Of a DNA stretch of 64,000 bases, positions 55,021 through 63,944 are shown in pieces (within the stretch, counting starts at the first letter, position 1; every line of letters begins with the position of its first letter). Position numbers and translations under genes: made by a program. Under the pieces are notes generated by a model. It made no database searches. It was not told the DNA's origin and saw nothing but the letters and a program-made list of their open reading frames with translations. Origin of the DNA: a virus (lineage: Duplodnaviria; Caudoviricetes); IMG/VR virus record IMGVR_UViG_3300033070_001497, positions 45,315 through 109,314 of that record; one strand, 5' to 3'.

Positions 55021-56191
55021 CATCCAAGAGCTGATCAAACGAGACGTCAATGATCTGACGGACGATGAAGTCGAGTTCCTCAGGACAGAGTCCATGAAGA
55101 ACTACATGTTCGAGCAGTGCATCAAGCTGATCATTAACTCGATCTACGGCGCTTTCGCGAACGAGTTCTTCCACTTCTACAACGTCGCCATCGCTGAGTC
55201 AGTCACGCTCCAAGGCCAGGATGCGATCAAGCACACCGAACGGATGACGAATGTGTACTTCATGGAGTACTTCCATAAGGACACCCAACTACACAAGGAG
55301 CTTGGCGTACCAGAAGGAACGATAGTGCCGAAGATCGTCAAGGAGCCGTTCATCTACGCCGACACCGATTCCGGCTACATCGTCTTCGACGAGGCCATGA
55401 GAGCTGTCAACTGGAAGGGCTCGGTGAAGGACTTCATCCTCAAGATGAACTCCGTAAGGCTCAAGGAGTTCTTCAACACCGTGCTGAAGAAGTACGCCAA
55501 GGATGCTGGAGTCGAGAATTACCTTGACTTCGAGCTGGAGACCATCGCCGAGAACGGCATCTGGACAGCCAAGAAGAAGTACATCCAGAACATCATCTGG
55601 AAGGATGGCAAGGACTATGAGAGCCTGTCGTTCATCAAGGCCACTGGCCTGGAGATCATCCAATCGTCAACCCCGGTCTTCTGTAGGCAACGGCTGATAA
55701 AGATCATGCAGTTGATCTTCTCGAAGAACGACGTGAACAATGAGAACTACGCCGAGGTCATCAGGTTGATCAAGGACATCAAGAAGGAGTTCGAGCTATC
55801 GAACCTCGAACAGATCTCGATGGGCAGATCGATCTCAGACTACAGCAAGTACGTCGCCGATGACACCAGGGAGTTCTCGCTCAGGTCAGCATGTCCGATC
55901 CACGTCAGGGCTGGAGCTTACCACAACTTCCTGATCAACCAGAACCCAAAGCTGAAGGGCAAATACCAGCTCATCACCTCGAAGGACAAGATCAAGTGGT
56001 ACCACGCGAAGGACGAGTTCTGCAACGTCTTTGCTTACAAGGCCGGCTCACACCCAACGGAGGTGGCGCCGAAGATCGACATAGAACGGCAGTTCAAGGC
56101 GACGATCATTGATCCACTCAACCGGATCATCGTGCCTGCAGGATACCAACCACTCAACCAAATGTTGGCCTACACCATAGGCCTTTTCTGA
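55013..56191 (+). CDS. Family B DNA polymerase, C-terminal subunit (motifs B and C, thumb)
   Basis: KLIINSIYGAFAN, YADTDS, AKKKYI, GLEIIQSSTP, CPIHVRAG. Confidence 0.92.
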   Translation: MLDIQELIKRDVNDLTDDEVEFLRTESMKNYMFEQCIKLIINSIYGAFANEFFHFYNVAIAESVTLQGQDAIKHTERMTNVYFMEYFHKDTQLHKELGVPEGTIVPKIVKEPFIYADTDSGYIVFDEAMRAVNWKGSVKDFILKMNSVRLKEFFNTVLKKYAKDAGVENYLDFELETIAENGIWTAKKKYIQNIIWKDGKDYESLSFIKATGLEIIQSSTPVFCRQRLIKIMQLIFSKNDVNNENYAEVIRLIKDIKKEFELSNLEQISMGRSISDYSKYVADDTREFSLRSACPIHVRAGAYHNFLINQNPKLKGKYQLITSKDKIKWYHAKDEFCNVFAYKAGSHPTEVAPKIDIERQFKATIIDPLNRIIVPAGYQPLNQMLAYTIGLF

Positions 56192-56559
56192 TGGCAAACC
56201 AACGCAGCATCTTCTTCGAGTGCTTCAAATCGAAGAAAAGACAGGACCAGAAATACTTTCGGATCGTAGAGAACGCTCGGTTCGATGGCTCCGCCAGGGA
56301 CTATGTGGACTCGTACAAGATCGGGCATGGTGAGGGATACGTCAAGTCATCGTCGGCGATCCACACCATCCTCCTCATCATGGAGGGCAAGTTCAAGGTC
56401 GAGGAGCACACCACCGGCAAGACGCACACGTTCAGCCTCATCGCGAAGAACGGTGAGCCGATCTTTCAGTCCAACAAGTACAAGGACCGTGGGCTCATGG
56501 ACGAGCACATCAAGCTCATCAAGGAGGCCGCTAGCACCGCAGACATCTTCTTCGTATGA
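56191..56559 (+). CDS. DUF1508/YegP-like protein (tandem repeats)
   Basis: FSLIAKNGEPIFQSNKYKDRGLMDEHIKLIK; the N-half YFRIV...IGHGEGYVKSSSAIHTI is a diverged second copy. Confidence 0.6.
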   Translation: MANQRSIFFECFKSKKRQDQKYFRIVENARFDGSARDYVDSYKIGHGEGYVKSSSAIHTILLIMEGKFKVEEHTTGKTHTFSLIAKNGEPIFQSNKYKDRGLMDEHIKLIKEAASTADIFFV

Positions 56560-57155
56560 TTAAGAAAGAGTTCGTCTCGGGAGATAATCCGAGTGTGATG
56601 GAGGCGGTGATGGATATCAACGACCTCATTTCCAAAGTCGAATCGGATCTTCGCCAGATCAAGCGCCTAGTGGAGACTGTGTGCCCAAGGCCGACGAACA
56701 TCCAGGAATTGGCACACAAACTCAACAAGGAGAAAGAGAAATCCCGAATCGACTCGACCTGGCTCAAATCGCACTCGATCAGCTCCGACGGTGTCGCCGA
56801 GGCCCAACAGCGCCTCGAGCAGGAGAATTCCAACCCGCTCATCCTTGCCACCCATTTCCTGGTCACATTCCCAACGAACCCAGGGCTGACGCTCGGATCG
56901 ACCTCCGAGGAGGTGAATGGGGTCATCTTCACTGTCGCCGGGTTCCATCCCAGGACCAGGATGCCCATCGTCTCTGTGCATGGGAACATGACCGCTGGCA
57001 CGATCGCTTCCAACTTAGCAGTGGCGCTGAGCACCCGTAATGGCTTCGATGGGAATGTGGTCATCCAAGACTTCGATGTCCAACAGTGGAGAACAATGGC
57101 TGGCCTTTGGGCGGCCCCAGCAATCGAACAGCATGAAGATCAAGATAACGGGTGA
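56556..57155 (+). CDS. Hypothetical protein
   Basis: ATGA-coupled ORF. Confidence 0.6.
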   Translation: MIKKEFVSGDNPSVMEAVMDINDLISKVESDLRQIKRLVETVCPRPTNIQELAHKLNKEKEKSRIDSTWLKSHSISSDGVAEAQQRLEQENSNPLILATHFLVTFPTNPGLTLGSTSEEVNGVIFTVAGFHPRTRMPIVSVHGNMTAGTIASNLAVALSTRNGFDGNVVIQDFDVQQWRTMAGLWAAPAIEQHEDQDNG

Positions 57156-57390
57156 GGATTGGGTCCAGCTACCAGCGTCCGTCGGTTTCACCGATACAGC
57201 TGGAGCAACCAAGACGTTCTCGGACAAATCGATCATGGTCGGGTTCACCAACTCCGACCTGAACATCGGGCCGATGACGATCCAGCATAAGAACGTAAAG
57301 GACCTGGTACAGTCCATCGCCAGCATCAAACAGTCGTTGGATCAGGTGGTCAAGAGTGCCATGTCCGTGATCAAAGAAACAAGAACCTGA
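57133..57390 (+). CDS. Hypothetical protein
   Basis: MKIKITGEDW start; TGATG-coupled to UvsX. Confidence 0.55.
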   Translation: MKIKITGEDWVQLPASVGFTDTAGATKTFSDKSIMVGFTNSDLNIGPMTIQHKNVKDLVQSIASIKQSLDQVVKSAMSVIKETRT

Positions 57391-58628
57391 TGAGCAACGT
57401 GAAAGAACCGAAAGAGCCGAAGGCACCAAAGGAACCTAAGGAAGACAAGTCCGGCGCCGTGTTGGATGAGTTGAGGAAATCCCTCAAGGGCATCATCCCA
57501 GACGGAGAGACGATCCTGAAGAGCACATACTCCAAGATCACCTCGTACACCCACACTGGAAACTACCACCTCAATGCGATGCTCTCTGGCTCGCTCTTCG
57601 GTGGGTACCCGAACAACAAGACGATCCAGCTGGCCGGCGAATCGGGTGTGGGCAAATCGTACCTGGCTTTGAACGCCTGTAGAGAGTTCCAGAAGGCTGG
57701 GTACTACATCCAGTATTTTGACTCCGAGGGAGCCATCGACCTGAACACGGTCATCAACTTCGGCATCGATCCAGAGAAGTTCGACCTCCAGCCCGTCAGC
57801 GAGTTCAACCAGTTCAGGACAGCCGCCATCACGCTGGCGACCACCATGCTCGAGGCACAGGCCAAGAACAAGCCAACGCCAAAGATCATGGTCGTGCTCG
57901 ACTCTCTCGGCATGTTGCCGACCGCGAAGGAGCTCAACGATGCAATCACCGGCAACGATGCACGCGACTTCACGAAGGCACAGGTCGTCCGTTCGCTCTT
58001 CCGACTCATCACATCCAAGTTCACTGGAGCTGGGATCCCATTCATCTACACCAACCACACCTACGGCGGGCCTTCGCAGGTTCCGGTCGTGAGCTACTCC
58101 GGTGGCCAGGGCCAGGTGTACTCGCCCAGCGCGATCCTCAACCTGTCCAAGGCCAAGCTCAAGGACAGCAAAGAGGACGAGAAGAAACAGACCGGCATCG
58201 TGGTGACGGCTAAGGCGGAGAAGAACAGGATGGCAGTGCCGAACGCGATCAAGTTCCACATCCACTTCGCGAAAGGGATGAACCCATACATCGGGATGGA
58301 GACGTACATCTCTTGGGAGACATGCGGCATCGAGAAGGGCATCCTGTACGACGAGAAGGAATTCGCCAAACTCAAACCGGAGGAGAAATCGAAGTGCAAG
58401 CCGTTCGAACACAACGGCGAGCAACTCTACTTCTACGCCAAGGAGACTGCCAAGAACTACATCGTCAAGCACCTTGGCGCTGGAGTGACCATCCTCGACC
58501 TCTTCACCGATAAGGTCTTCACAAGGGATGTGCTCGAACAGATCGAGACCAAGTGCATCGTGTCCAAGTTCAAGTTCGGCGTGGATGATGAGACCCCAGA
58601 GATCGAGGAATTCCTGAGCGAGGAATGA
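57390..58628 (+). CDS. uvsX: RecA-like recombinase UvsX
   Basis: HTGNYHLNAMLSGSLFGG, Walker A GESGVGKS, YFDSEGA, VVLDSLGML, TNHTY, SGGQG. Confidence 0.9.
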   Translation: MSNVKEPKEPKAPKEPKEDKSGAVLDELRKSLKGIIPDGETILKSTYSKITSYTHTGNYHLNAMLSGSLFGGYPNNKTIQLAGESGVGKSYLALNACREFQKAGYYIQYFDSEGAIDLNTVINFGIDPEKFDLQPVSEFNQFRTAAITLATTMLEAQAKNKPTPKIMVVLDSLGMLPTAKELNDAITGNDARDFTKAQVVRSLFRLITSKFTGAGIPFIYTNHTYGGPSQVPVVSYSGGQGQVYSPSAILNLSKAKLKDSKEDEKKQTGIVVTAKAEKNRMAVPNAIKFHIHFAKGMNPYIGMETYISWETCGIEKGILYDEKEFAKLKPEEKSKCKPFEHNGEQLYFYAKETAKNYIVKHLGAGVTILDLFTDKVFTRDVLEQIETKCIVSKFKFGVDDETPEIEEFLSEE

Positions 58629-58804
58629 TGAGCGAGAAGGAGAAGAAGGCGATCGACCTAGCGAGTCGCATCGCCTTCGCCAGGCAACAGAAGAACGATT
58701 CCGCTCTGGCCCAACAGTATGAACGGGCTGCAAAGCACCGCGCAACGGAATTGGAGTTCATGGATGAACTGAAACGGCTCACAGATGGCGAACCTGCTGA
58801 ATGA
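58628..58804 (+). CDS. 58-aa hypothetical protein
   Basis: MSEKEKKAIDLASRIAFARQQ...; TGATG-coupled; below the ORF-track cut-off. Confidence 0.55.
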   Translation: MSEKEKKAIDLASRIAFARQQKNDSALAQQYERAAKHRATELEFMDELKRLTDGEPAE

Positions 58805-58985
58805 TGCGATGAACATCGTCGACAAACTGTCAGACGACGAATTCATGTACCTGATGGTCACAATGCATAGGAGGCAACGTAAGATTGTCGATGAGCTCGA
58901 ATCCAAACGACGGACTCTCCTCGCGGAGTACAAGCGACTCATCGTCGAGCCAAACGGACCAGGCGAGGATCTCATTCTTGGCTAG
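58785..58985 (+). CDS. Hypothetical protein
   Basis: 66-aa ORF tiling the UvsX-helicase gap. Confidence 0.5.
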   Translation: MANLLNDAMNIVDKLSDDEFMYLMVTMHRRQRKIVDELESKRRTLLAEYKRLIVEPNGPGEDLILG

Positions 58986-59127
58986 GGCCAAACAGACGTT
59001 GAAAGAAGCGGAAGGGTTGGGTAACCAGCCCTTCTTCGATTATTCCTACCTGCGAAAGTTCGAGTGGGGCCGATACGTTCTACAGCAAATTGGCATCGAA
59101 CCAGACACTTCATGGAAGCTAAACTGA
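58978..59127 (+). CDS. Small hypothetical protein
   Basis: Probable TTG start (MARAKQTLKE...), tiles the gap. Confidence 0.4.
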   Translation: MARAKQTLKEAEGLGNQPFFDYSYLRKFEWGRYVLQQIGIEPDTSWKLN

Positions 59128-59456
59128 TCGACGTTAGGCGACCCAAGGTCAGGCACCTCATAGGTGCACATCGTGACTCGCCCATCTACCCGGAGGCGGA
59201 GGACATCGAGTACACGGTCCTCAAGTGGTACCATCTGGATGGCGGCAAATCGTTCATCCACGATGAGCGGAGGCTGGATGTCACCGGGTATCCGATCGTC
59301 GACGACAAGACGCTGTCGGAACTCCTAGGCCCTGGGATCCTTGAGGCCTCGTTGCAGGGATTCATCGACTCTGGGCTCCTTAGGGTCCATAAGTCCACCA
59401 ACTTCACAAGGTACTTCGAGCTGGCCAAGTCGGAGACCTACGCCATGGCCACATAG
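59112..59456 (+). CDS. Hypothetical protein (possible winged-helix C-terminus)
   Basis: MEAKLIDV start; LQGFIDSGLLRVHKSTNFTRYFEL. Confidence 0.55.
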   Translation: MEAKLIDVRRPKVRHLIGAHRDSPIYPEAEDIEYTVLKWYHLDGGKSFIHDERRLDVTGYPIVDDKTLSELLGPGILEASLQGFIDSGLLRVHKSTNFTRYFELAKSETYAMAT

Positions 59457-59463
59457 AAGGGCC

Positions 59464-60762
59464 ATGGATGCACGCGAGTACGAGAAGATTTTTTACCTCT
59501 ACCTCCTTCAGAACCCGAAGTACATGGCTTCGGTCAAAAGGGAGTTCTTCGAGGTCGATGAAGTAGGGATCATCTTCGACATATCGAAGAAGTTCCATGA
59601 GCGGTTCAGCTCGTCCCCTACCAAGGAGCAGGTGAAGATGGTCCTCAAGAAGGATCGTTTCAAGGACAAGGTTAAGGATTCACACATCGACATCATCTTC
59701 GATGAGCCGATGTCCTCTTACACCGAGGACTGGAAGAAGGAGATGTGCGAGTTCTGGATCCAATGGAAGACGCTCAACACGTCGTTGATCGACACCGTCG
59801 AGTTCGCGAAGACCACGAAGGTGACGCCTGATAACGTCAAGGAGATCATCAATAAGGTCAAGACGATCATCAACGATCGTAACAACATCAACTTCTCTGG
59901 AGACCTTGGCAAGGACTTCTTCGAGTTCGAGTCACACCAATCCGAACCAGGGTCGAAGATCTCGACCCAACACCGATTCATAGACGAGATCTGTGGCGGA
60001 TATCGGAAGAAGGGCTTGATCTGTTACGTCGGTGAGACCAACATCGGAAAGTCCATCTGGTTGGCCAACGACGCCGTCAACTTCGTCAGGTCTGGCAAGA
60101 ACGTCTCTGTCATCACGGCCGAGATGTCGGACACCAGCTTCATCCATAGGATCGGTGCCAACCTACTCGACATCGACATCTCGCAGTACGAGGAGAAGTC
60201 CAGGGATGGAGACTTCGTCAAGAACCGCTTGGACATGATGGCGAACGGAGTAGTGCCACCAGGCAAGCTCTTCGTCAAGGAGTACCCAACGTCGCAAGCG
60301 ACAGTGCTGGACATCGAGTCCTACCTGAAAGAGCTCGAAGCGGTCAAAGGCATGAAGCTCGACGTGATCGTCATCGACTACGTGAACATCCTGTGCAACC
60401 ACAGGAACCCGAACTCGGAGAACACTTACATGAAGATCAAGCAGCTCTGCGAGGATCTTCGCGCGATGGCAGTCAGGAACAATTGGGTGGTGATCACCGC
60501 ATCACAGGTCAACAGAGAGGGATACAACACATCGGAGATCTCGCTCGGCCACGTGTCGGAGTCCGCTGGTTTGAGCCACACCTGCGACATGATCTACGGC
60601 ATCATCCAGACGACGGACATGAAGCTCAAAGACGAGTACTGGCTCAAGATTCTCAAGATCCGAAACGGCGGAGGAAAGGCAAAGAAGTGTAAGTACAACA
60701 TCAACTACTCAAGGATGAGGTTGGTAGAAACAGACGAAGTGCTCAATGCAGAAGGATTCTGA
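59464..60762 (+). CDS. Replicative DnaB-family helicase (gp41-like)
   Basis: GETNIGKS, ITAEMS, VKEYPT, IVIDYVNI, EDLRAMA, TASQVNR, SESAGLSHTCD, KIRNG. Confidence 0.92.
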   Translation: MDAREYEKIFYLYLLQNPKYMASVKREFFEVDEVGIIFDISKKFHERFSSSPTKEQVKMVLKKDRFKDKVKDSHIDIIFDEPMSSYTEDWKKEMCEFWIQWKTLNTSLIDTVEFAKTTKVTPDNVKEIINKVKTIINDRNNINFSGDLGKDFFEFESHQSEPGSKISTQHRFIDEICGGYRKKGLICYVGETNIGKSIWLANDAVNFVRSGKNVSVITAEMSDTSFIHRIGANLLDIDISQYEEKSRDGDFVKNRLDMMANGVVPPGKLFVKEYPTSQATVLDIESYLKELEAVKGMKLDVIVIDYVNILCNHRNPNSENTYMKIKQLCEDLRAMAVRNNWVVITASQVNREGYNTSEISLGHVSESAGLSHTCDMIYGIIQTTDMKLKDEYWLKILKIRNGGGKAKKCKYNINYSRMRLVETDEVLNAEGF

Positions 60763-61189
60763 AAACATCAAGAGGGACCGGATCTTCGACAACAACTTTG
60801 AGTCGACCGAGATCGACTCGTCGAAGGCATCGTTCAAGGTCGATTCGTCTGTCCGTGAACAGGGGATCGACGAGAAGCTTGACAGCGAGCTGATCGAGGA
60901 CAAGCTCAAACGGCTGCTCGAGGAGTGTGATTGGGCCATGGAGATCATCAGCCGTGAGAAGGTGGCGACCAACATCAACAAGAGGGAGCTCAACCGCATC
61001 TTCGAGCACCTTACCGCCGGCGTTGGCCTCGATGCCTCGATCGAGATCTTCGCGTATCTTCAGGACAGGATCGAGGCCAAGGGCGAGAAGATCTACGACA
61101 TGCTCTCGAACGAGTTCAAACAGACGCTCCATAAGCACCTCAAGGAGCGCGGATATCTGAAAGAGAGGTTCGTTGGCTTCTTCGTATGA
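60746..61189 (+). CDS. Hypothetical protein between helicase and gp47
   Basis: Overlaps both neighbours; acidic and helical. Confidence 0.65.
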   Translation: MQKDSENIKRDRIFDNNFESTEIDSSKASFKVDSSVREQGIDEKLDSELIEDKLKRLLEECDWAMEIISREKVATNINKRELNRIFEHLTAGVGLDASIEIFAYLQDRIEAKGEKIYDMLSNEFKQTLHKHLKERGYLKERFVGFFV

Positions 61190-62244
61190 GGGCATTCATC
61201 ATAGCGGACACCCATCTGGGCATGCGCTCCAGCAGCGTCGAGTGGCTGGAGATGGTGGTCGATTGGTTCGCTACAGACTTCATCCCAAAGGCCAAGGCGT
61301 TGGCCAGGCCAGGAGACATCCTGGTCCACTGTGGTGATGTCTTCGATAACCGTCAATCGATCAATCTCCTTGTTCAGAACCGTGGAATGTGGATCATCGA
61401 GGAATTGGCCAAGGTCTTTTCTGGCGTGTACCTCCTAGCTGGCAACCACGATGTCATGAGAAAGACATCGAACGAGATCTCCTCGTTGGACTGTCTCAGG
61501 TACATCCCTGGGGTGACCATATTCAAGGAGCCCAAGGTCATAGCTCTCGGCTCGAAAAGGGCGCTCATGATGCCATGGATGCCGTCCATCGATGAGGAAA
61601 GGAAGTGCATCGATGACCACATGCCACAGACCCCATCCTACATGTTCTGTCACACGAACATCGCGCAGATGAGGATGGATAGGGTGCAAAGGGTCGAGCA
61701 TGGCCTTGGGCCAGAGGAGCTCGGTAAATTCGATCGTGTGTTCTCTGGGCACATCCACATCAGGCAGGAGAGGAACAACGCGATCATGGTGGGCAACCCT
61801 TACCAGATGACTCGATCTGACAGCGGCAACGACAAGGGTTGGTACACGCTAGACCCAGACACTGGGGAGATCGACTTCTACCAGAACACCCACTCTCCGG
61901 AGTTCAAGCGCATCCACCTCTTCGAGTACATGGATCTCCCATTGGATGACCTGGTCTCGGCTTGCAAGGGACACATCGTCGATCTGTACATCCCTTCCTC
62001 GTATGTGATCAGCGGATACTCGGTCAACCGGGTCATCGACGAGGTCAACTCGGTCGCAAAGTCGCTCGAGATAGTCACCCAGGACCACGAGAGCACAGTC
62101 GAGGTGCACGCGGGCGATTCGGCATTTGACCTGCTGTCTTTGACCGAGAGCTACGTGTCCAAGATGAACGGCCTAGACCAAAGGCTGAGGGAGAAGGTAT
62201 CTACCAAGGTCAAGGAACTTTACAAGGTAGTCTCCAAGGAATGA
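61186..62244 (+). CDS. Mre11/SbcD-like nuclease (gp47)
   Basis: ADTHLG, GDVFDNR, GNHD, CH, FSGHIH, GNPYQ. Confidence 0.92.
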   Translation: MRAFIIADTHLGMRSSSVEWLEMVVDWFATDFIPKAKALARPGDILVHCGDVFDNRQSINLLVQNRGMWIIEELAKVFSGVYLLAGNHDVMRKTSNEISSLDCLRYIPGVTIFKEPKVIALGSKRALMMPWMPSIDEERKCIDDHMPQTPSYMFCHTNIAQMRMDRVQRVEHGLGPEELGKFDRVFSGHIHIRQERNNAIMVGNPYQMTRSDSGNDKGWYTLDPDTGEIDFYQNTHSPEFKRIHLFEYMDLPLDDLVSACKGHIVDLYIPSSYVISGYSVNRVIDEVNSVAKSLEIVTQDHESTVEVHAGDSAFDLLSLTESYVSKMNGLDQRLREKVSTKVKELYKVVSKE

Positions 62245-63896
62245 ACATCAAGTGGATCGAGTGGAGGAACTTCAACTCCTACGGAAACGCCACACAGCGC
62301 ATCGACTTTGGTGCCAATGGCCTGTACAACCTGATCGGCAAGAATGGGTCAGGGAAGACCACCATCGCTGAGGTGATCGAGTTCGCTGCCTTCGGCAAGG
62401 TCAGCAAGAAGAACAAATCCGACGTCGTCAACCGGATCAACAAGAGCATGTGGACTCGGATCTGCATGGATTCGAGGGGCAAGCGGATCGAGATCTCCAG
62501 GGGCGCAGCTCCGAACGTGTTCGATGTCGAGATCGATGGCACAAGGATCGACACAGCTGGCAACTCGAACGTCCAGTCTTACCTTGAGGACGAGCTCTAT
62601 GAGATCCCATACGCCGTCTTCAAGAACCTCCTGGTGCTCTCGATCGACGATTTCAAGTCGTTCATCACGATGAACACTTCCGACAAGAGGAACATCGTCG
62701 ACAAGCTCTTCGGGTTCTCGATCTTGAACGAGATGCTCAACTCCCTGAAGTCGGAACGCAAGGACATCAAGGAGTCGATCAGGACAACCACTGCCGAGCT
62801 TTCGGCCATCGAGGAGACAATCGAATCCATCTCTAGCCGCATCGAAAGGGCCAAGAGCCAAAAGGCGGAGGATCGGACCAAGCTGCTCGACGAGATCAAT
62901 TCGAAGATGGCCCAAGCCCAAACTGAGCTGAAGACTGTCAGCGATTCCCTGAGCAAGGCCGAGCACTTCATCAACACCCAGTCCAAGTCGATCAGGACGA
63001 TGGATGTCAAGCGGGCCAGCATCCTTGCCGAGCAGAAGGTGACCAAGGAGAAGCTCAACCTGCTTTCCAAGGACAGGTGCCCATACTGCTCGTCACAGAT
63101 GGATTCGCCTGACCATGCTGCGATGAAGGAGACGTGCGCTAACCGAGCTTCGCAGCTGCAATCTGACCTCGAATCCATCGCGAACGATTATCGGAAGGCC
63201 AGCGATGCCGTGGCCAAGCTCAAGGGCACCCATTCGGCGCTGTTCTCTAAGCGCAACTCGCACGAGTCGTCCTTGGCCAGGATGAAAATGGAGATCAAGC
63301 AACTCTCGAACCCAGCCGAAGACGTCGCATCGCTCGAAGCTGTGCACATCGAGAGCTCATCCAAGAAGACCGAGCGCAAGGACAAGATCGAGACTCTGGC
63401 CTCGGAAGACTCCTTCCTCCAGACAGTCGAAGGCGTGCTCGGTGAGGAAGGAATCAAGGGCCAGGTCATGAAGACCGTTGTGCCGGCCCTCAACCAGACG
63501 GTGGCCGCCATGTGCACGAGGCTCCACGTCCCTTACTCGATCCACTTCGACGAGAAGTTCGAGTGCCATGTCCAATCGATGGGCGAGTCCATCTCCCCAA
63601 GGTCCATGAGCTCTGGCGAGCGCGTAAAAGCCGATCTCGCGGTCATCGTCGCCCTGATCAAGGTGATGAAGATGAGGTTCCCGAACCTCAACCTGATGTT
63701 CATCGACGAGATCTACCGCTCAGTGGACAGCGAGGGCATCTTCGAGATCACAAAGATCCTGAACGAGATGAGCAAGGACCATGGCCTCAACGTCTGGGTC
63801 ATGCACCACGCGCCATTGCCCACTGAGTTCTTCGACAAGATCGTCTCTGTCGTCAAGGACGGTGGCTTCTCACGCGTGCACATAGAATCGACATGA
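62241..63896 (+). CDS. Rad50/SbcC-like ATPase (gp46)
   Basis: NFNSYGN, GKNGSGKT, CPYC zinc hook, MSSGE signature, FIDE Walker B, MHH H-loop. Confidence 0.92.
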   Translation: MNIKWIEWRNFNSYGNATQRIDFGANGLYNLIGKNGSGKTTIAEVIEFAAFGKVSKKNKSDVVNRINKSMWTRICMDSRGKRIEISRGAAPNVFDVEIDGTRIDTAGNSNVQSYLEDELYEIPYAVFKNLLVLSIDDFKSFITMNTSDKRNIVDKLFGFSILNEMLNSLKSERKDIKESIRTTTAELSAIEETIESISSRIERAKSQKAEDRTKLLDEINSKMAQAQTELKTVSDSLSKAEHFINTQSKSIRTMDVKRASILAEQKVTKEKLNLLSKDRCPYCSSQMDSPDHAAMKETCANRASQLQSDLESIANDYRKASDAVAKLKGTHSALFSKRNSHESSLARMKMEIKQLSNPAEDVASLEAVHIESSSKKTERKDKIETLASEDSFLQTVEGVLGEEGIKGQVMKTVVPALNQTVAAMCTRLHVPYSIHFDEKFECHVQSMGESISPRSMSSGERVKADLAVIVALIKVMKMRFPNLNLMFIDEIYRSVDSEGIFEITKILNEMSKDHGLNVWVMHHAPLPTEFFDKIVSVVKDGGFSRVHIEST

Positions 63897-63932
63897 CGGA
63901 ATTGGAATCTGCTATCGGCTACATTCTAGGCC

Positions 63933-63940
63933 AATAGATA
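63933..63940 (+). promoter_or_regulatory. Putative late promoter AATAGATA
   Basis: 4 nt before GTG 63945. Confidence 0.6.
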
Positions 63941-63944
63941 GGGA

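Noticed and set aside
57400-57445. 9-nt tandem repeat at the UvsX N-terminus (KEPKEPKAPKEPKE); similar PKA repeats at the RuvC C-terminus
   Set aside because: Ordinary low-complexity terminal extensions.
57342-58745. 467-aa minus-strand ORF and many other long antisense ORFs (e.g. 49093-50022, 33495-34412, 26851-27714)
   Set aside because: They mirror well-supported plus-strand genes. Sparse use of TTA/CTA/TCA codons in the sense frame leaves the antisense frame open, and the translations have no recognisable motifs.
63893-63937. 14-codon ORF overlapping the gp46 stop
   Set aside because: Too short to support as a gene; noted only because it follows a CATAGAA motif.
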